64,000 bases of DNA from an uncultured virus (IMG/VR IMGVR_UViG_3300037840_000439). Lineage: Duplodnaviria; Heunggongvirae; Uroviricota; Caudoviricetes. The stretch's first letter is position 1. Each line of letters starts with the position of its first letter. This document shows, in pieces, positions 30,701-40,348 of this stretch. A model generated the notes under the pieces. It made no database searches. It saw nothing but the letters and a program-made list of their open reading frames with translations, and was not told the DNA's origin. The stretch is taken from the IMG/VR virus record IMGVR_UViG_3300037840_000439. One strand, written 5' to 3'. The position numbers were made by a program, and so were the translations under genes.

Positions 30701-31165
30701 AGGTGCTCCCGTTGGTCCAGTCGAACCGGTCGACCCCGTCGCTCCTGTAGCTCCCGTGTTGCTTGCAGATCCGGGTGTTCCTGTCGGTCCGGTTGATCCT
30801 GTCGCCCCGGTTGACCCCGTCGCTCCGGTCGCCCCCGTCGCTCCTGTCGCTCCAGTCGACCCGGTCGGTCCGGTGGCACCGGTTGCTCCTGTATTACTAG
30901 CGACCCCCGGTGTTCCCGTCGGCCCAGTAGACCCTGTTGGACCCGTCGTGCCCGTGGCGCCCGTGTTGCTAGCGGTCCCAGCTGGTCCGGTTGCGCCCGT
31001 TGATCCCGCTGGTCCGGCCGTGCCCGTAGGCCCAAACGGCCCAGGTAGGTTGCTAGCTGCCCCTGTGGGTCCAGTGGGGCCACCCGACGGACCGGTTGGG
31101 CCCACACCGATACGTATATCGTACGCGATCGGTGACTTGTTCTTGGTCCCTGTGATGTAAGACAT
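27788..31165 (-). CDS. Large collagen-like fibre/adhesin
   Basis: Long GxT tracts, two C1q/BclA-C-like beta domains, 14-aa (S/A)HAEGxxTxAS YadA-head-like repeats. Confidence 0.9.
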   Translation of the reverse strand: MSYITGTKNKSPIAYDIRIGVGPTGPSGGPTGPTGAASNLPGPFGPTGTAGPAGSTGATGPAGTASNTGATGTTGPTGSTGPTGTPGVASNTGATGATGPTGSTGATGATGATGATGSTGATGSTGPTGTPGSASNTGATGATGSTGSTGPTGAPGTASNTGATGATGPTGATGSTGPTGTPGVASNTGATGATGAIGPTGSTGATGAASNLPGPFGPTGVNGPTGSTGPTGAPGSASNTGATGVTGATGSTGAAGTASNTGATGATGSTGATGSTGATGSTGATGATGPTGATGATGAAGTASNTGATGATGPTGATGATGAAGTASNTGATGATGPTGATGATGAAGTASNTGATGATGPTGATGTTGPAGTVAYYGSIIGNVLGSVPFGQGTANVPFPITNYQVAGDSNGTVLALASGTIQVLNAGEYSFAFSISYATTLGTENYTLELVKNGTPILQVAISMENNGAASPLFVYTPSLNGIISLAANDTLLWQMTDTGPNGGDRISTYGINFTLFSLGAAGAVGSTGSTGPTGPTGSTGPAGTASNTGATGATGPTGATGSTGAAGAASNTGATGATGSTGATGAAGTASNTGATGATGPTGTVGATGNAGTSPFYGAIYYQGPLTITPSAGTPTQLENWTYAGDTTGITENIVNGTLTPNVFLGAPGRGTEFLVGVTFEVFTERADSWVLALYANGVRVGNGAAAIWVTSAGENNSPCFEFLYTLNGEPTPDVLSLSIENAAGTPITIFSGQFCITAIGAAGAVGPTGPAGTEPFVFNTTVADVNIQANRAVVGGIGNSPINNAKTGIFNAGSDSVAFPASGATGNYSTIGGGYANSATGDYSTVVGGNQNSATAEFACVSGGSGNAASGFASYAEGAGNLSSSEFSHAEGLSTISSSEATHSEGISTNASQPAAHAEGLSTIASGEAAHAEGSNTTASNTASHAEGSSCIAGGTNSHAGGLLSSASRNTQQTTASGSFNGTTAGQAQTSSLVLRGKTPGSVPNETVVLGYDAAGSTQFNLVNGEGYELRVTAICGAVIGGNRVTRRLEYVLAVRCDGGTAVIDGQSSVLNSVGAAATSTFAITFAASGAGIAMTFATGGGTTAETAVSCRVEFGEVVYP
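30078..30289. repeat. 72-bp tandem repeat, about 3 identical copies (coding)
   Basis: Unit starts GTTGGCCCAGTGGCCCCTGTAG at 30078, 30150 and 30222; encodes 24 aa of collagen. Confidence 0.9.
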
Positions 31166-31320
31166 GATTAGGCGACTCGCACAAGCGTGAGTGACATTGC
31201 GATGCTCCTAGCAACAGTGGTGGCTTAGGAGATCAATCGTTCCAGTGAGTGGTAACCGCCACCTACGCTCGTGGGTCGCGTCGCGTAGGCGAAATCCTAC
31301 GCGACGTCGGAACGAAACGA

Positions 31321-31563
31321 TCAGTCGTCGATCTCCCTGAAGGGCCGCAGAAAGATCGGGTAGTCCCTCGGGCGAGAACCGTTCGACCACCCGCTGTACA
31401 AAGCATCCCAGTGCGGTGATGTTCCGTTGTGATCGTTGAAGAACTTGTTGTTCTGTTTCTCTCGGTAGATCGACTCGTCGACGAGCTGACGAATGTTTCC
31501 GTTGCCGTTGCCGTTCTGGACTCCACCGGACTTGCACTTCAGCGTTGTTCCCTTGCGTCGCAT
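31321..31563 (-). CDS. Hypothetical protein
   Basis: 80-aa ORF with upstream GGAGAG, following 31568..31855. Confidence 0.55.
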   Translation of the reverse strand: MRRKGTTLKCKSGGVQNGNGNGNIRQLVDESIYREKQNNKFFNDHNGTSPHWDALYSGWSNGSRPRDYPIFLRPFREIDD

Positions 31564-31567
31564 GTGG

Positions 31568-31855
31568 CTACTCTCCTTTTTCTTCGCCCGGATCGCCGAG
31601 CAATTTCATCAGTACAGCGTCGGCCATCAACGCCAGAAAGCTCGTTGCCGACCCCACAACGATAGCGTCTACGACACGGCCATGCCCGACCGACACGACT
31701 CCAGTTGCACCAGCAACGACGCCCACCCACATGCCCGTGCACTGGCAGCACCCGAGGAGCGCGGGCCAGATCGTCCGTACGCGGCGCAGAAGGGTGCTAC
31801 GCACGACGATAAGCGTCGCGCCGATCAGCGCAGAGAGGAGGAGGATGGTGTTCAT
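31568..31855 (-). CDS. Small membrane protein (DUF1360-like)
   Basis: Hydrophobic, with LLGCCQCTGMWVG. Confidence 0.65.
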   Translation of the reverse strand: MNTILLLSALIGATLIVVRSTLLRRVRTIWPALLGCCQCTGMWVGVVAGATGVVSVGHGRVVDAIVVGSATSFLALMADAVLMKLLGDPGEEKGE

Positions 31856-31897
31856 TGGGTTTACGGAATTGGTTCTACTGGAGTCTACTTAACAGAG

Positions 31898-32107
31898 TCA
31901 CGGAACCGGCTTGAGCCACTGGATCTTCGCGCCGAGTAGTTCCTTGAGGCGTACGGCGGCTTGGGGACGCAGCCTGATCGTGCCGACCGAGCCGGATTCG
32001 GTGTCGTCATCGGTCAACTCGACAGAGCCATCCTCGAACACATGAACGGTAGGGCAGCACTTTTTGAAACCGCACATGAGGGTTTCTTCATGAACCTTTC
32101 GCAGCAT
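31898..32107 (-). CDS. Hypothetical protein
   Basis: AGGAGG upstream; CGFKKCCP. Confidence 0.65.
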   Translation of the reverse strand: MLRKVHEETLMCGFKKCCPTVHVFEDGSVELTDDDTESGSVGTIRLRPQAAVRLKELLGAKIQWLKPVP

Positions 32108-32110
32108 GGT

Positions 32111-33487
32111 CTACCTCCTATACTCACGAAGCTCTTTTGTAGCCGGCTTCGCACCCTTCTTCTTCATCGTCACCACCGCAACGATGCCACCAACGACGGC
32201 CACAGCACCCGCCCCGATGCCGATCTTCATGCCGGTGCTGAGTCCCTCCTCCTTCTTCTCGTGCCCCTTCTCCTTCTTCTCGTGCTCGGGCGGCGCGTCT
32301 CCTGACGGTGCTGCCGGAGGCGCCGGAGGTGCAGCCGCGGGGGTTGCTGAAGCATCGGGTGTTGCGGCTGGTGCAGCAGCGGCCGGAGCTGCGGGAGCCG
32401 CAGCCGGAGCTGCATCGGTTGCATCCGGGACATCACCCCAGTCGTCCACAGCCGGCGGCTCCGGCGGTGCGACAAAACCGTACGGAAGCTGCGGTGCCAC
32501 GAAGACGGGCGGCGCGGGTCGACGGCGATGTTCGTACGGGGGCTCCGGGCGATAGCCATGAGGCGGCTCGGGGCGATGTCCGAAGCGAGGCTCGGGACGA
32601 CGAGCGAGAGAAGCTGCCGGACGTCGGTATTCCATTTTTCCTTCTCCGTGTGAGCCGTATGAGCCGTGTGGGCCGAGGTTGAAGTACGCACCGACCCCAG
32701 CCTTGTGATGCTTGTGCGCTTTCGGCACGCTGGCGCTCGATGCGCCCGTGCATGCATCCGGCACCACCAAGCCGCCCATGGCGGAGGCTAGTGCCGCAGC
32801 GACGGTCACCTCGTATCCCCCGGTCCCGATCGGAATCGGTTTCCCGGGGTTCGCGTCGTTCCAAGCTTTCTTGAACTTGTGCACTGCCACGTTCACCGGA
32901 GATCCCGGCTGCCGAACGCTCTGGCAGTAGTTCGGATCCGAGTCCATGGCGATGACGGCATCAGAGGCAATATCGGCAAGACCACCGGTGGCGTCATCGC
33001 TTATGACACCCGCCGAGGTCTCGGTATACGTCCTTGGGTGACGCGTGAACGTCATCATGCGAGACCCACCACACGCAGACGGTGCGTCAGTTCGCAGCAC
33101 AGAAGTCAGTGCCGCAGCCACCGTGGCTTCGTAGTTTCCGGTCCCTACGGGCAGTGGCTTACCGGGATTGGCAGCGTTCCATGCCTGCTTGAAGGCATGA
33201 ACCGCTACGTTCGTGGGCGTCCCGGGACGCTTGACGCTCTCGCAGTAGCTCGCATCGGCATTCAGAACGTCGAATGCCTTGGCCGCCGTCATCCCGACAT
33301 CCGAAATGCGTGGACCCGGCACACGAACGATCTCCCCAGGCACGAGAGCGCTCCACGTGCGTATACCCGACACCACGACGGTCCCCTTGCCGGGGTTGGC
33401 CGCGATGAGGTCAGCGAACGGAACACCCAACTGGCTCGCGATCTTCGACGGCGAGTCTCCGGACTGAACCGTGTAGTCGTAATTCAT
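32111..33487 (-). CDS. LysM protein with two internal repeats and C-terminal TM anchor
   Basis: YTVQSGDSPSKIA...LIAANP; repeat YCxSVxxPGxPxNVAVHxFKxAWNxANPGKPxPxGTGxYE twice; IGIGAGAVAVVGGIVAVV-MKKK. Start reassigned to 33487. Confidence 0.85.
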   Translation of the reverse strand: MNYDYTVQSGDSPSKIASQLGVPFADLIAANPGKGTVVVSGIRTWSALVPGEIVRVPGPRISDVGMTAAKAFDVLNADASYCESVKRPGTPTNVAVHAFKQAWNAANPGKPLPVGTGNYEATVAAALTSVLRTDAPSACGGSRMMTFTRHPRTYTETSAGVISDDATGGLADIASDAVIAMDSDPNYCQSVRQPGSPVNVAVHKFKKAWNDANPGKPIPIGTGGYEVTVAAALASAMGGLVVPDACTGASSASVPKAHKHHKAGVGAYFNLGPHGSYGSHGEGKMEYRRPAASLARRPEPRFGHRPEPPHGYRPEPPYEHRRRPAPPVFVAPQLPYGFVAPPEPPAVDDWGDVPDATDAAPAAAPAAPAAAAPAATPDASATPAAAPPAPPAAPSGDAPPEHEKKEKGHEKKEEGLSTGMKIGIGAGAVAVVGGIVAVVTMKKKGAKPATKELREYRR

Positions 33488-33503
33488 AGGCGCACCTTGT
33501 AGC

Positions 33504-34358
33504 TCATCGCCATCTCCTGCGTTCGGCCGCTGCCGGCGCCGCATGGCTTCCTCGGGTTGCCGCAAAGACGATCCCACCGACCGCAACAACGCTGGCAACT
33601 CCTAAGGCGACCTTGCCGCCTGTGGTCCAAGCGGCCTTCTTCTCGTCGGCTTTCTTGTCGTGGTGAGCCATCTCCGCAGGAGGTGCTGCGGGCGGCTCCG
33701 GAACCGATGCCGGAGAAGAAGGGGCTGGTGCTGCGGGCGTTGCAGCGGCAGCGCCTGGATACGGCGTTGGAAAGTCAACCCCATGCGCCGCTGTGGTCGC
33801 CTGGAGCGCGGTGAGCGTATCCTGGTCGAGCACACCGTCAGTACGGAGCGTTCCGCCCGAGTTCGCGTTGTACCAGCCCTGAAAGCAGGTCACGGTGGCC
33901 GCCAGGTTTCCAGCTTGCCACCCCGCGCAGCTCGTACCCGTGGTCTGTCCGATGTTCGTGTTCAGCGTGGTGAGCGTGCTCGTCACCCACGCTTGCTGGT
34001 CGCCACTGAGCGTTGCCGCCGCATCACCCGCCGCATCGAGTGCAAACCCCGCCACGCTCCGCCCGTTGTGCTGGATCCGTTCGCCCCAGCAGTTCGGACC
34101 GCCGTTGCCGCCGTACTCCGTGGGGCCGCCGTTCCACCTCGTTGGGTTGTTGGCCCACATCGGGATGGGACCATTGCAATCCGAGCATGCTGGACCGGGA
34201 CCAGGGGCTCCCTTCGATCCGTTGCCGGGCGGCTGGGGGAGTACATTCTGCACCCACCAGCAGTCCGCTGCACGGATCCCTTCGTCGGTCGGACCCTGGA
34301 TGGGTACGTCCGTCACGAAGTCGTAGCGACCGGAGATCTGTGCAGGTGTCCTACTCAC
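33504..34358 (-). CDS. PG-binding-like protein with internal leader motif and C-terminal TM anchor
   Basis: ERIQHNGRSVAGFALD; FQGWYN...LRTDGVLDQDTLTAL; VALGVASVVAVGGIVFAA. Confidence 0.75.
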   Translation of the reverse strand: MSRTPAQISGRYDFVTDVPIQGPTDEGIRAADCWWVQNVLPQPPGNGSKGAPGPGPACSDCNGPIPMWANNPTRWNGGPTEYGGNGGPNCWGERIQHNGRSVAGFALDAAGDAAATLSGDQQAWVTSTLTTLNTNIGQTTGTSCAGWQAGNLAATVTCFQGWYNANSGGTLRTDGVLDQDTLTALQATTAAHGVDFPTPYPGAAAATPAAPAPSSPASVPEPPAAPPAEMAHHDKKADEKKAAWTTGGKVALGVASVVAVGGIVFAATRGSHAAPAAAERRRWR

Positions 34359-34594
34359 GGGAAGCTCCGGGGGTTGATGGCAGCTCGGATCAGTTCTTCG
34401 GCGGTCTTTTCGCTACCACTCTGCGTGCCAGCAAGGGCCCCGACGAGCAGTGCGCCAACCGCGCTCCCCACAATGGCACCGCCGACCGCGCCCTGGGGAC
34501 CCTGCTTTTCGCCAAGCTCGGAGCCAACGAATGCACCGAGGCCGGCAAAAACTGCGCAGCCGATTCCGCTTCCGATGACTCGCAGTGCACTCAT
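34355..34594 (-). CDS. Glycine-zipper membrane protein
   Basis: GAVGGAIVGSAVGALLVGA. Confidence 0.7.
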   Translation of the reverse strand: MSALRVIGSGIGCAVFAGLGAFVGSELGEKQGPQGAVGGAIVGSAVGALLVGALAGTQSGSEKTAEELIRAAINPRSFP

Positions 34595-35499
34595 GGCAGG
34601 TGTTCTCCAAGGTTCTCGTCAAACGTCAGCGCGCCGTAGATGCTGCCGTACTGCGCGTACGCGCTGTACGCTGTCAGGAACCGATCCTCGCGGCAGAGCG
34701 CGGCCCACTGTTGCTGCTCTAGCGTTGTTGCGTTCAGCAACACCGGATTGGTCGTCGGATCGTTCTGTCGAACGCTAGCGAACAGCACGACGTCGCACGG
34801 CACAGGCACCAGAATGTCGAGGCACCGTTCGCTCTGGTCCGTGCGCGAGTTGTAGCGAAGCTCATGAATGTTACCGAGGCTCGCTGCGATCGGACGGCCC
34901 CAGGGTCGTCCGCCATTCGGCGGCGTGTACACCGTCGGAGCGAACGTAGGTCCGGCGAACATCTGGTAGAGGAGAGCCGGCGAACGGCTGTCCTGGTACA
35001 TCAAGCCATCGGTGTTTTGCGGGTTGCGCGTGTCGCGTCGTGCACGGTTGATCACCATCACATGCATCGAGATGTCACCGTCCGGCGGGTGCCAGAGGGG
35101 ACTCATGATCTCGCGGCGGAACGTGACGGTGCTGCCCGTAGGAGGTCCAGGAGGAGGTGTGGTGATCGGGGACGTACCGGCGGGGATGCGCGCGATGATC
35201 TCGGCGTACTGCCGAATGCCGACGAGACGTACGCCAGTCTCGCCTGAGCCGAAGCTGGCTTGCGCGAGGATGAAGAGGTAGCGAGCGCCAGCCAGCGCCG
35301 CGCTGGGCGTCGAGGGGACAACGAAGCCCGTTCCGGCGTTCGTGCCGTAGGGGTCGCTCCCGATGAAGCCGAACTCGGGGTTGGGACCGGCGCCGACGAT
35401 TTCGTAGCGGCCCTTGCAGAGGGCCGTACGAATTCCGCTGCTCACCCCATCGGGGTAGCTTTGGAGCTTAAGTACGTTGCCGCTGGGCTGCGTTCGCAT
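34591..35499 (-). CDS. Putative virion structural protein
   Basis: Beta-rich-looking 302-aa ORF in the structural block. Confidence 0.55.
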   Translation of the reverse strand: MRTQPSGNVLKLQSYPDGVSSGIRTALCKGRYEIVGAGPNPEFGFIGSDPYGTNAGTGFVVPSTPSAALAGARYLFILAQASFGSGETGVRLVGIRQYAEIIARIPAGTSPITTPPPGPPTGSTVTFRREIMSPLWHPPDGDISMHVMVINRARRDTRNPQNTDGLMYQDSRSPALLYQMFAGPTFAPTVYTPPNGGRPWGRPIAASLGNIHELRYNSRTDQSERCLDILVPVPCDVVLFASVRQNDPTTNPVLLNATTLEQQQWAALCREDRFLTAYSAYAQYGSIYGALTFDENLGEHLP

Positions 35500-35524
35500 T
35501 GGATTACGATTTGATCGACTCAGT

Positions 35525-36121
35525 TCACGACGGGTTGATCAGAATCGCTAGATCGGGGCTATCAATGCCCAGTTTTCGCAATCGATGCCGGCATTCTTCG
35601 TCACTGAGGTCGCTTAAATTCTTGTCAAGCAACTGCATCCCCAAAAATGAGAGTGTTACCCCATAGGGGACGCTCACAGGCGTTTGCGTGAGCACTGCAC
35701 TAACCTTCACGTTACTTTGCTTCGCTAGCGGCCACCCCTCCGGCCACGTTGCCGCGAGCACGTCGAACAGATTGCCCAAATCGGTAAATTCGTCATTTAT
35801 CGAATATTTGGGCCCGCCGTAGACATCGAGCTGGATACCAACTCCAGTCTGTCCTGACTGCTTCAGTTGGTTGAAGTAGAGACTCTGAAACGGTGATCCT
35901 GGGAAGCTGTTCTGTTGAAACAGGTTGTACGAGACGCGCGTGATGATCGTCTCCATCGTGAGGTTGTTGTCGAAGCTCTGCACGATTGGCGGAGCGTTGA
36001 CGACCGACGAGGAGAACTGAATCGGAACGTCGACCACGAACGGCACACGCGGGACGCCAACGACTAGCCCATAGGCGAACTTGGGCGCGTATAGGGCTAG
36101 GTTACGAATGTCGATGTCCAT
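35525..36121 (-). CDS. Putative minor capsid protein
   Basis: Strong SD GAGGAG; alternating hydrophobic strands; follows the capsid candidate. Confidence 0.5.
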   Translation of the reverse strand: MDIDIRNLALYAPKFAYGLVVGVPRVPFVVDVPIQFSSSVVNAPPIVQSFDNNLTMETIITRVSYNLFQQNSFPGSPFQSLYFNQLKQSGQTGVGIQLDVYGGPKYSINDEFTDLGNLFDVLAATWPEGWPLAKQSNVKVSAVLTQTPVSVPYGVTLSFLGMQLLDKNLSDLSDEECRHRLRKLGIDSPDLAILINPS

Positions 36122-36150
36122 CGGAATTTCTCCTCGATCTTCACTCTACC

Positions 36151-36193
36151 AAAAGACTACGGGCAGCGCAGCGTTGTACGCCACGCTGCCCGT
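36151..36193 (-). terminator. Intrinsic terminator-like hairpin after the capsid candidate
   Basis: ACGGGCAGCG (36159) / CGCTGCCCGT (36184), with a short T4 tract on the minus strand. Confidence 0.55.
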
Positions 36194-36213
36194 GTTCCGG
36201 AACCGTTGCTGGA

Positions 36214-37530
36214 TTAGACCTGGGGAGTACCACCGCTTGACATGATTTGCGGCATCGAACTCTGGCAGTATGCCTTCCATCCGCCCGGCATCTCCCATCC
36301 CTTGATCTTGATCGCGAGCTTGAGCACGCCGCCCTTGAAGACCTCACGCGTAGTGTTCACCACCTGCTGCACGTATACTGGCGTGGCGTCGAGCGTCTGC
36401 TCCAGCATGGTCGAGTTGCCGATCCCGAGAGCTGCTGCCGCCACCACGCCCGTGACAGCACCGGGTGCCGTGAGCGTGGCAACGTTGACGTCCGGGACAA
36501 TGTTGACTCCGAGCGGTTCATTCGTGATCGTGAGCGCCTCGAGCATCGACGCCTGGTGAACGGCGTCCTGTGCGACGAAGATCATGCCGACGGGGATGCC
36601 GCGCTCGATGAAGCACGGGCTCTCGATCGGCCGGTACATCTGACCCTTGCAGCCATACCCCTGCCACCGGAGACCGCCCCAGGTGACGGGCGCGAGATCG
36701 AAGTCACGCGTCGGGTGGAAGATACCGATGTTCGACGTGGTGAGCGCCCCAGCGGCCTGAGTGACGCTGCCGACGCGACGGAAGTTCACGGGAAGGAAGA
36801 TCGTGGCCGATCCCTTCGTGCGATAGGTCGCATTGGCCGTCGCAACGAACTCGATGACGGGGACTTCGCTCGTGCCGGACGCGAGCGCGTCGGCGAACGA
36901 TCCGAAGTAGCTGATGTCGGCAGCAGACTCGTTCAGGACGAGTTCACGCTGCGACGTCTTCCACTGGAACTGGTAGGCGTTGATGAAGTTCCAGCCGGCG
37001 CGCCACACATCCGCACCCCACTCGAACACAGCGGGGGAAACGATGCTGGAGTTGGAACCGATGCCGCCGAACGCACCACCAGCCTCGTCGTTGAACGTCC
37101 ACACGTCCGGGCTGGGAGGCGCGTAGGTGCCCACCGTGGTGGGGGCCGTAAACGCGTTGCCGATGGTCGAGAACGACATCGGCTCGCAGAACACGTGCAC
37201 ACCCACGCCCTGGGCGAGGATGTCCGTTTGGAGGATGCCGTTGATGAGGAACGTCGAGTCGATCGACTGAACGCCGGGGACCGAGGAACTGCCCGAGAGC
37301 AGGTTCACCGTGTCGCCGAACGTGGTGTTTGCCTCGTTCATCGTCAGCGGCAATGGGATCGTCCAAATCACTTCTTCGATGACCGGGACATTGCCGAACG
37401 AGCAGCGGAGACACTTCTCCGCAGCCGCGAGCGTTCCAGGGGCTTCGCCGAGTCCGAAGGGGACCCTCTTGACGGCCGGCCGGTTGTTTCCGTATCGCGC
37501 GTTCTGTGATGCAACGATGCTCTTTGCCAT
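36214..37530 (-). CDS. Candidate major capsid protein
   Basis: 438 aa, beta-rich, no TM, SD AGGAG, hairpins on both sides, N-terminal KRVPFGLGE motif. The ORF is solid; the function is inferred from context. Confidence 0.5.
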   Translation of the reverse strand: MAKSIVASQNARYGNNRPAVKRVPFGLGEAPGTLAAAEKCLRCSFGNVPVIEEVIWTIPLPLTMNEANTTFGDTVNLLSGSSSVPGVQSIDSTFLINGILQTDILAQGVGVHVFCEPMSFSTIGNAFTAPTTVGTYAPPSPDVWTFNDEAGGAFGGIGSNSSIVSPAVFEWGADVWRAGWNFINAYQFQWKTSQRELVLNESAADISYFGSFADALASGTSEVPVIEFVATANATYRTKGSATIFLPVNFRRVGSVTQAAGALTTSNIGIFHPTRDFDLAPVTWGGLRWQGYGCKGQMYRPIESPCFIERGIPVGMIFVAQDAVHQASMLEALTITNEPLGVNIVPDVNVATLTAPGAVTGVVAAAALGIGNSTMLEQTLDATPVYVQQVVNTTREVFKGGVLKLAIKIKGWEMPGGWKAYCQSSMPQIMSSGGTPQV

Positions 37531-37610
37531 GACGAATCTTCTCCTGATCCCGCCGTTTCTTGGTCAGCCGCGGGCGTTGTTTGATGGACGATGCGATGCG
37601 TTTACCGGGT

Positions 37611-37655
37611 TCAGCCCAAAAGCCCCGGCCGCTCGTAAGAGCAGTGCGGGGCTGA
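37611..37655 (-). terminator. Hairpin between the core and capsid candidates
   Basis: AGCCCCG/CGGGGCT stem enclosing GCTC-GTAA-GAGC; T4 on the minus strand; alternative pairing TCAGCCC/GGGCTGA. Confidence 0.45.
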
Positions 37656-37671
37656 TGGGATACGAGGACTG

Positions 37672-40050
37672 TTACTTGCGAGGTGCGATGTCGAAGAGGG
37701 ACTCTTCCTGGGAGTCGCCGATGAAGCCCAGGTACTTGTTGTCATCCCCACAGCCACAGTCACTGCTGGCGACGGGCTGCGGACCAGGACCGGGGCTTGT
37801 GCCCGGACCAGGCGCGTAGGACGGCGGCCCGATGGGATCGGGTGTCGGGACCGCTGCTGCCTGGAACGGAGCAGGTGCGGGTGCGGCGTCAGGTGCAGGG
37901 GCTGCGTTCTGCTGATCCACGAACGCTTGCGTGGGATCAGGATCCGAGATCACGCCGGTCACGGGGTTCTGGGTGGGGCCCGTGTATAGATACGGGTGCG
38001 AGCTGTGCGGGTGCGCGAGGCACCAGGAGTGAAGTTGTTCGGCCGTGTACGAGGGGTACATGGTCTTCGCGCGCAACATACAGTGGTGGTGGTGGTGACC
38101 GGGCGCGGAAGGCGCCTGGAACCGACCCCACTGCCGGCTCATGGCCACCGAGTGGGCATAGCCACCCGGCTGGAACTGGGGATGCGCACCGTGCCACCGG
38201 TTGATCAGCGGGGCTTGGGGATGGTTGTTGTACCGACCCGTGGGAGGCATGGGGCGGAACCCAAGGGGGCCGTCCACGCCTGTCTGCTTGCGCAACGCTT
38301 GCGCCGCAGTCGGGTAGGTCTCGTTGTCGCTGACACCCGCTCCACGACGGAGCGCCTGGACAGCATCCGGGTAGGGCGAGTCAGCAGCGAGCGCGAACGG
38401 CCCCACGTCGGGCCCGGAGAGGGCACCCTCCGCAGCGGGCTTCTGATCTTTGTTCAGCTTGGCGGCAACTTCGGCCGGATAGAGCCGAGCAATGACGCTT
38501 CCCTTGAGCTTCTCGGGGTCGTCGCCGTCCTTGTGCGCGCCAAGCATCGGCATGAGCACGTTGGTCCAGAGGAGCTGGAACACCTTGACGCCGGCACCGA
38601 CCGCATAGCTCTCCATCGAGCTACGAGCGAGCGGGTTCTTGACGTACACCGAGACGATGGCGGGGAGAAGAACCTGGCCCACGGCGTTCGCGATCCGAAG
38701 AGCGTGCGGAGACGACGCCACGTTGAGAGCGTTCGCGAGCGTACCTGCACCGCCGGACGTGAACTTGTCCTTCGGCGCCTTCTTGCCGTTCGGGTTATAG
38801 GTCGCCAGGAAGCGATCCACGCCGTCGGAGATCGTGAAACCTGCACCGGCAACGGCAACGCAGATCGCGATCTTTCCAATCTTTGCGCCCATGGCGGAGA
38901 GTTTGCCGGCGCGTGCGTAGTGGCGGCGCCGACGCGATTTCACCATCGAGGTCTCACGCGCCCTGTGGTGCTTGCGGCGCTTGTGGCGGCGCGGAGCGGC
39001 GACAGACAGCTCGCGAACACGACGCGTCTTGCGGCGCTTGTGGCGACGGGGAGCGGCCAGAGACAGCTCACGCGTCCTGTGCGACTTCTTCTTGCGTGCG
39101 TGACCCTTCTTGGCCGCCTTGCGGTGACCAGGAGTGTTGCCGTACCACGCCCTCACCGAGCGACGACGGGACTTCCTGCGCTTCGCGGCAACCTTGCGCG
39201 GTGCAGCGGCGACTGCCGCACGAACACGACGAACCCTCCGCCGACGCTTGGCTTGAACCACCGGAGTCGCTGCGCGAACACGACGCGCCTTGCGACGACG
39301 CTTTGCAGCCACCTGACGGGGAGCCGTCACGGAAGCACGAACACGGCGAGTCTTGCGACGCTTCGCAGCCACTTTGCGCGGTGCAGCGACCGCCGCGCGA
39401 ACGCGACGAGCCTTGCGGCGGCGCGGAGCGGCGACAACGGCCGTGGTCTCGCGAGCTCGGCGAGCCTTGCGCTTGCCCTTCTTGCGCGGGTACATCTTGA
39501 ACCACGCCGGACTACCGAACGCCGGCTTGGCAGACGCAGCAGCCGTGCTGCGGCCCGATGAACGCTTCTTGGTGGTCCGGCGACGCTTCATTGCAGTGTC
39601 TTCCTCTCGTGCGACAACGGCCCGGATGCCCCGGCCTAGGGTGATGGTCCGCTTGACTTTCAAGCCCTTCGGATCGAACTGGCGAATGCGGATGTACTGA
39701 TCGGTGACGTCTGTGACGGTCGACTTGTAGCCGTGGGCAGCAGCCCACTGCTTCGCTTTGGCTTCGGTCCAATCGTTGCGACCAAAGAGAAGCGACTGAA
39801 TCCCCATGGCCGGTCGGCGAGATGCGCTGACACGGGAGCTAACGGGTGCTTGACGGACTGCTTGACGGACCGGAACTTGGACCGGAGCGGACCGCAAGAT
39901 GGGGACGACACCGCGACAGACGGGTGAGGCGACACGAGTGACTGTGCGCGCAGCGACCCGACGTGATTCGCTGAGCGCGTTAAGCCTGTCGTCGTAGAGC
40001 CCCATGTCATTGACTGGGTAAAGTTTTTCGGCACGCCAAAGACGCGTCAA
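37672..40050 (-). CDS. Arg/Lys-rich DNA-condensing core-like protein
   Basis: About 230-aa tract of AAPRxxxxKRRKxRRVRA repeats, hydrophobic middle, Pro-rich tail; the start may be MGLYDD. Confidence 0.7.
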   Translation of the reverse strand: MTRLWRAEKLYPVNDMGLYDDRLNALSESRRVAARTVTRVASPVCRGVVPILRSAPVQVPVRQAVRQAPVSSRVSASRRPAMGIQSLLFGRNDWTEAKAKQWAAAHGYKSTVTDVTDQYIRIRQFDPKGLKVKRTITLGRGIRAVVAREEDTAMKRRRTTKKRSSGRSTAAASAKPAFGSPAWFKMYPRKKGKRKARRARETTAVVAAPRRRKARRVRAAVAAPRKVAAKRRKTRRVRASVTAPRQVAAKRRRKARRVRAATPVVQAKRRRRVRRVRAAVAAAPRKVAAKRRKSRRRSVRAWYGNTPGHRKAAKKGHARKKKSHRTRELSLAAPRRHKRRKTRRVRELSVAAPRRHKRRKHHRARETSMVKSRRRRHYARAGKLSAMGAKIGKIAICVAVAGAGFTISDGVDRFLATYNPNGKKAPKDKFTSGGAGTLANALNVASSPHALRIANAVGQVLLPAIVSVYVKNPLARSSMESYAVGAGVKVFQLLWTNVLMPMLGAHKDGDDPEKLKGSVIARLYPAEVAAKLNKDQKPAAEGALSGPDVGPFALAADSPYPDAVQALRRGAGVSDNETYPTAAQALRKQTGVDGPLGFRPMPPTGRYNNHPQAPLINRWHGAHPQFQPGGYAHSVAMSRQWGRFQAPSAPGHHHHHCMLRAKTMYPSYTAEQLHSWCLAHPHSSHPYLYTGPTQNPVTGVISDPDPTQAFVDQQNAAPAPDAAPAPAPFQAAAVPTPDPIGPPSYAPGPGTSPGPGPQPVASSDCGCGDDNKYLGFIGDSQEESLFDIAPRK

Positions 40051-40295
40051 GGAAATCGCAACGCGCGCACTTGCACACGCAGCCAGCGATGCTCATTGTT
40101 CGCGCGTTGCACACACGGATCGCGGTACGTACGTGTCGCGCGCATTGCGCGCAAAAGCGCACAGCAGTCGCGTAGTTGCATTGTGTACGCGTGTCGACAT
40201 GTGAAGTTCGCTTACGTACGTGACAGTGCGCGTTACCGTGGACGAACAAATGTGCATGAACACGCGCGCGTACAGACGCATTTGACGCACGGGTG

Positions 40296-40348
40296 TGTTA
40301 CGTCGAGACTACCGCCATGCGATGTTACGTCGAGACCGCCACGCGATA
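40296..40348. repeat. Direct repeat in divergent intergenic region
   Basis: TGTTACGTCGAGAC at 40296 and 40323, each followed by CGCCAYGCGAT. Confidence 0.75.

Noticed and set aside
30087..31160. Long plus-strand PVAPV ORFs (also 21344..22006 and 19782..20186)
   Set aside because: Antisense shadows of collagen GxT repeats.
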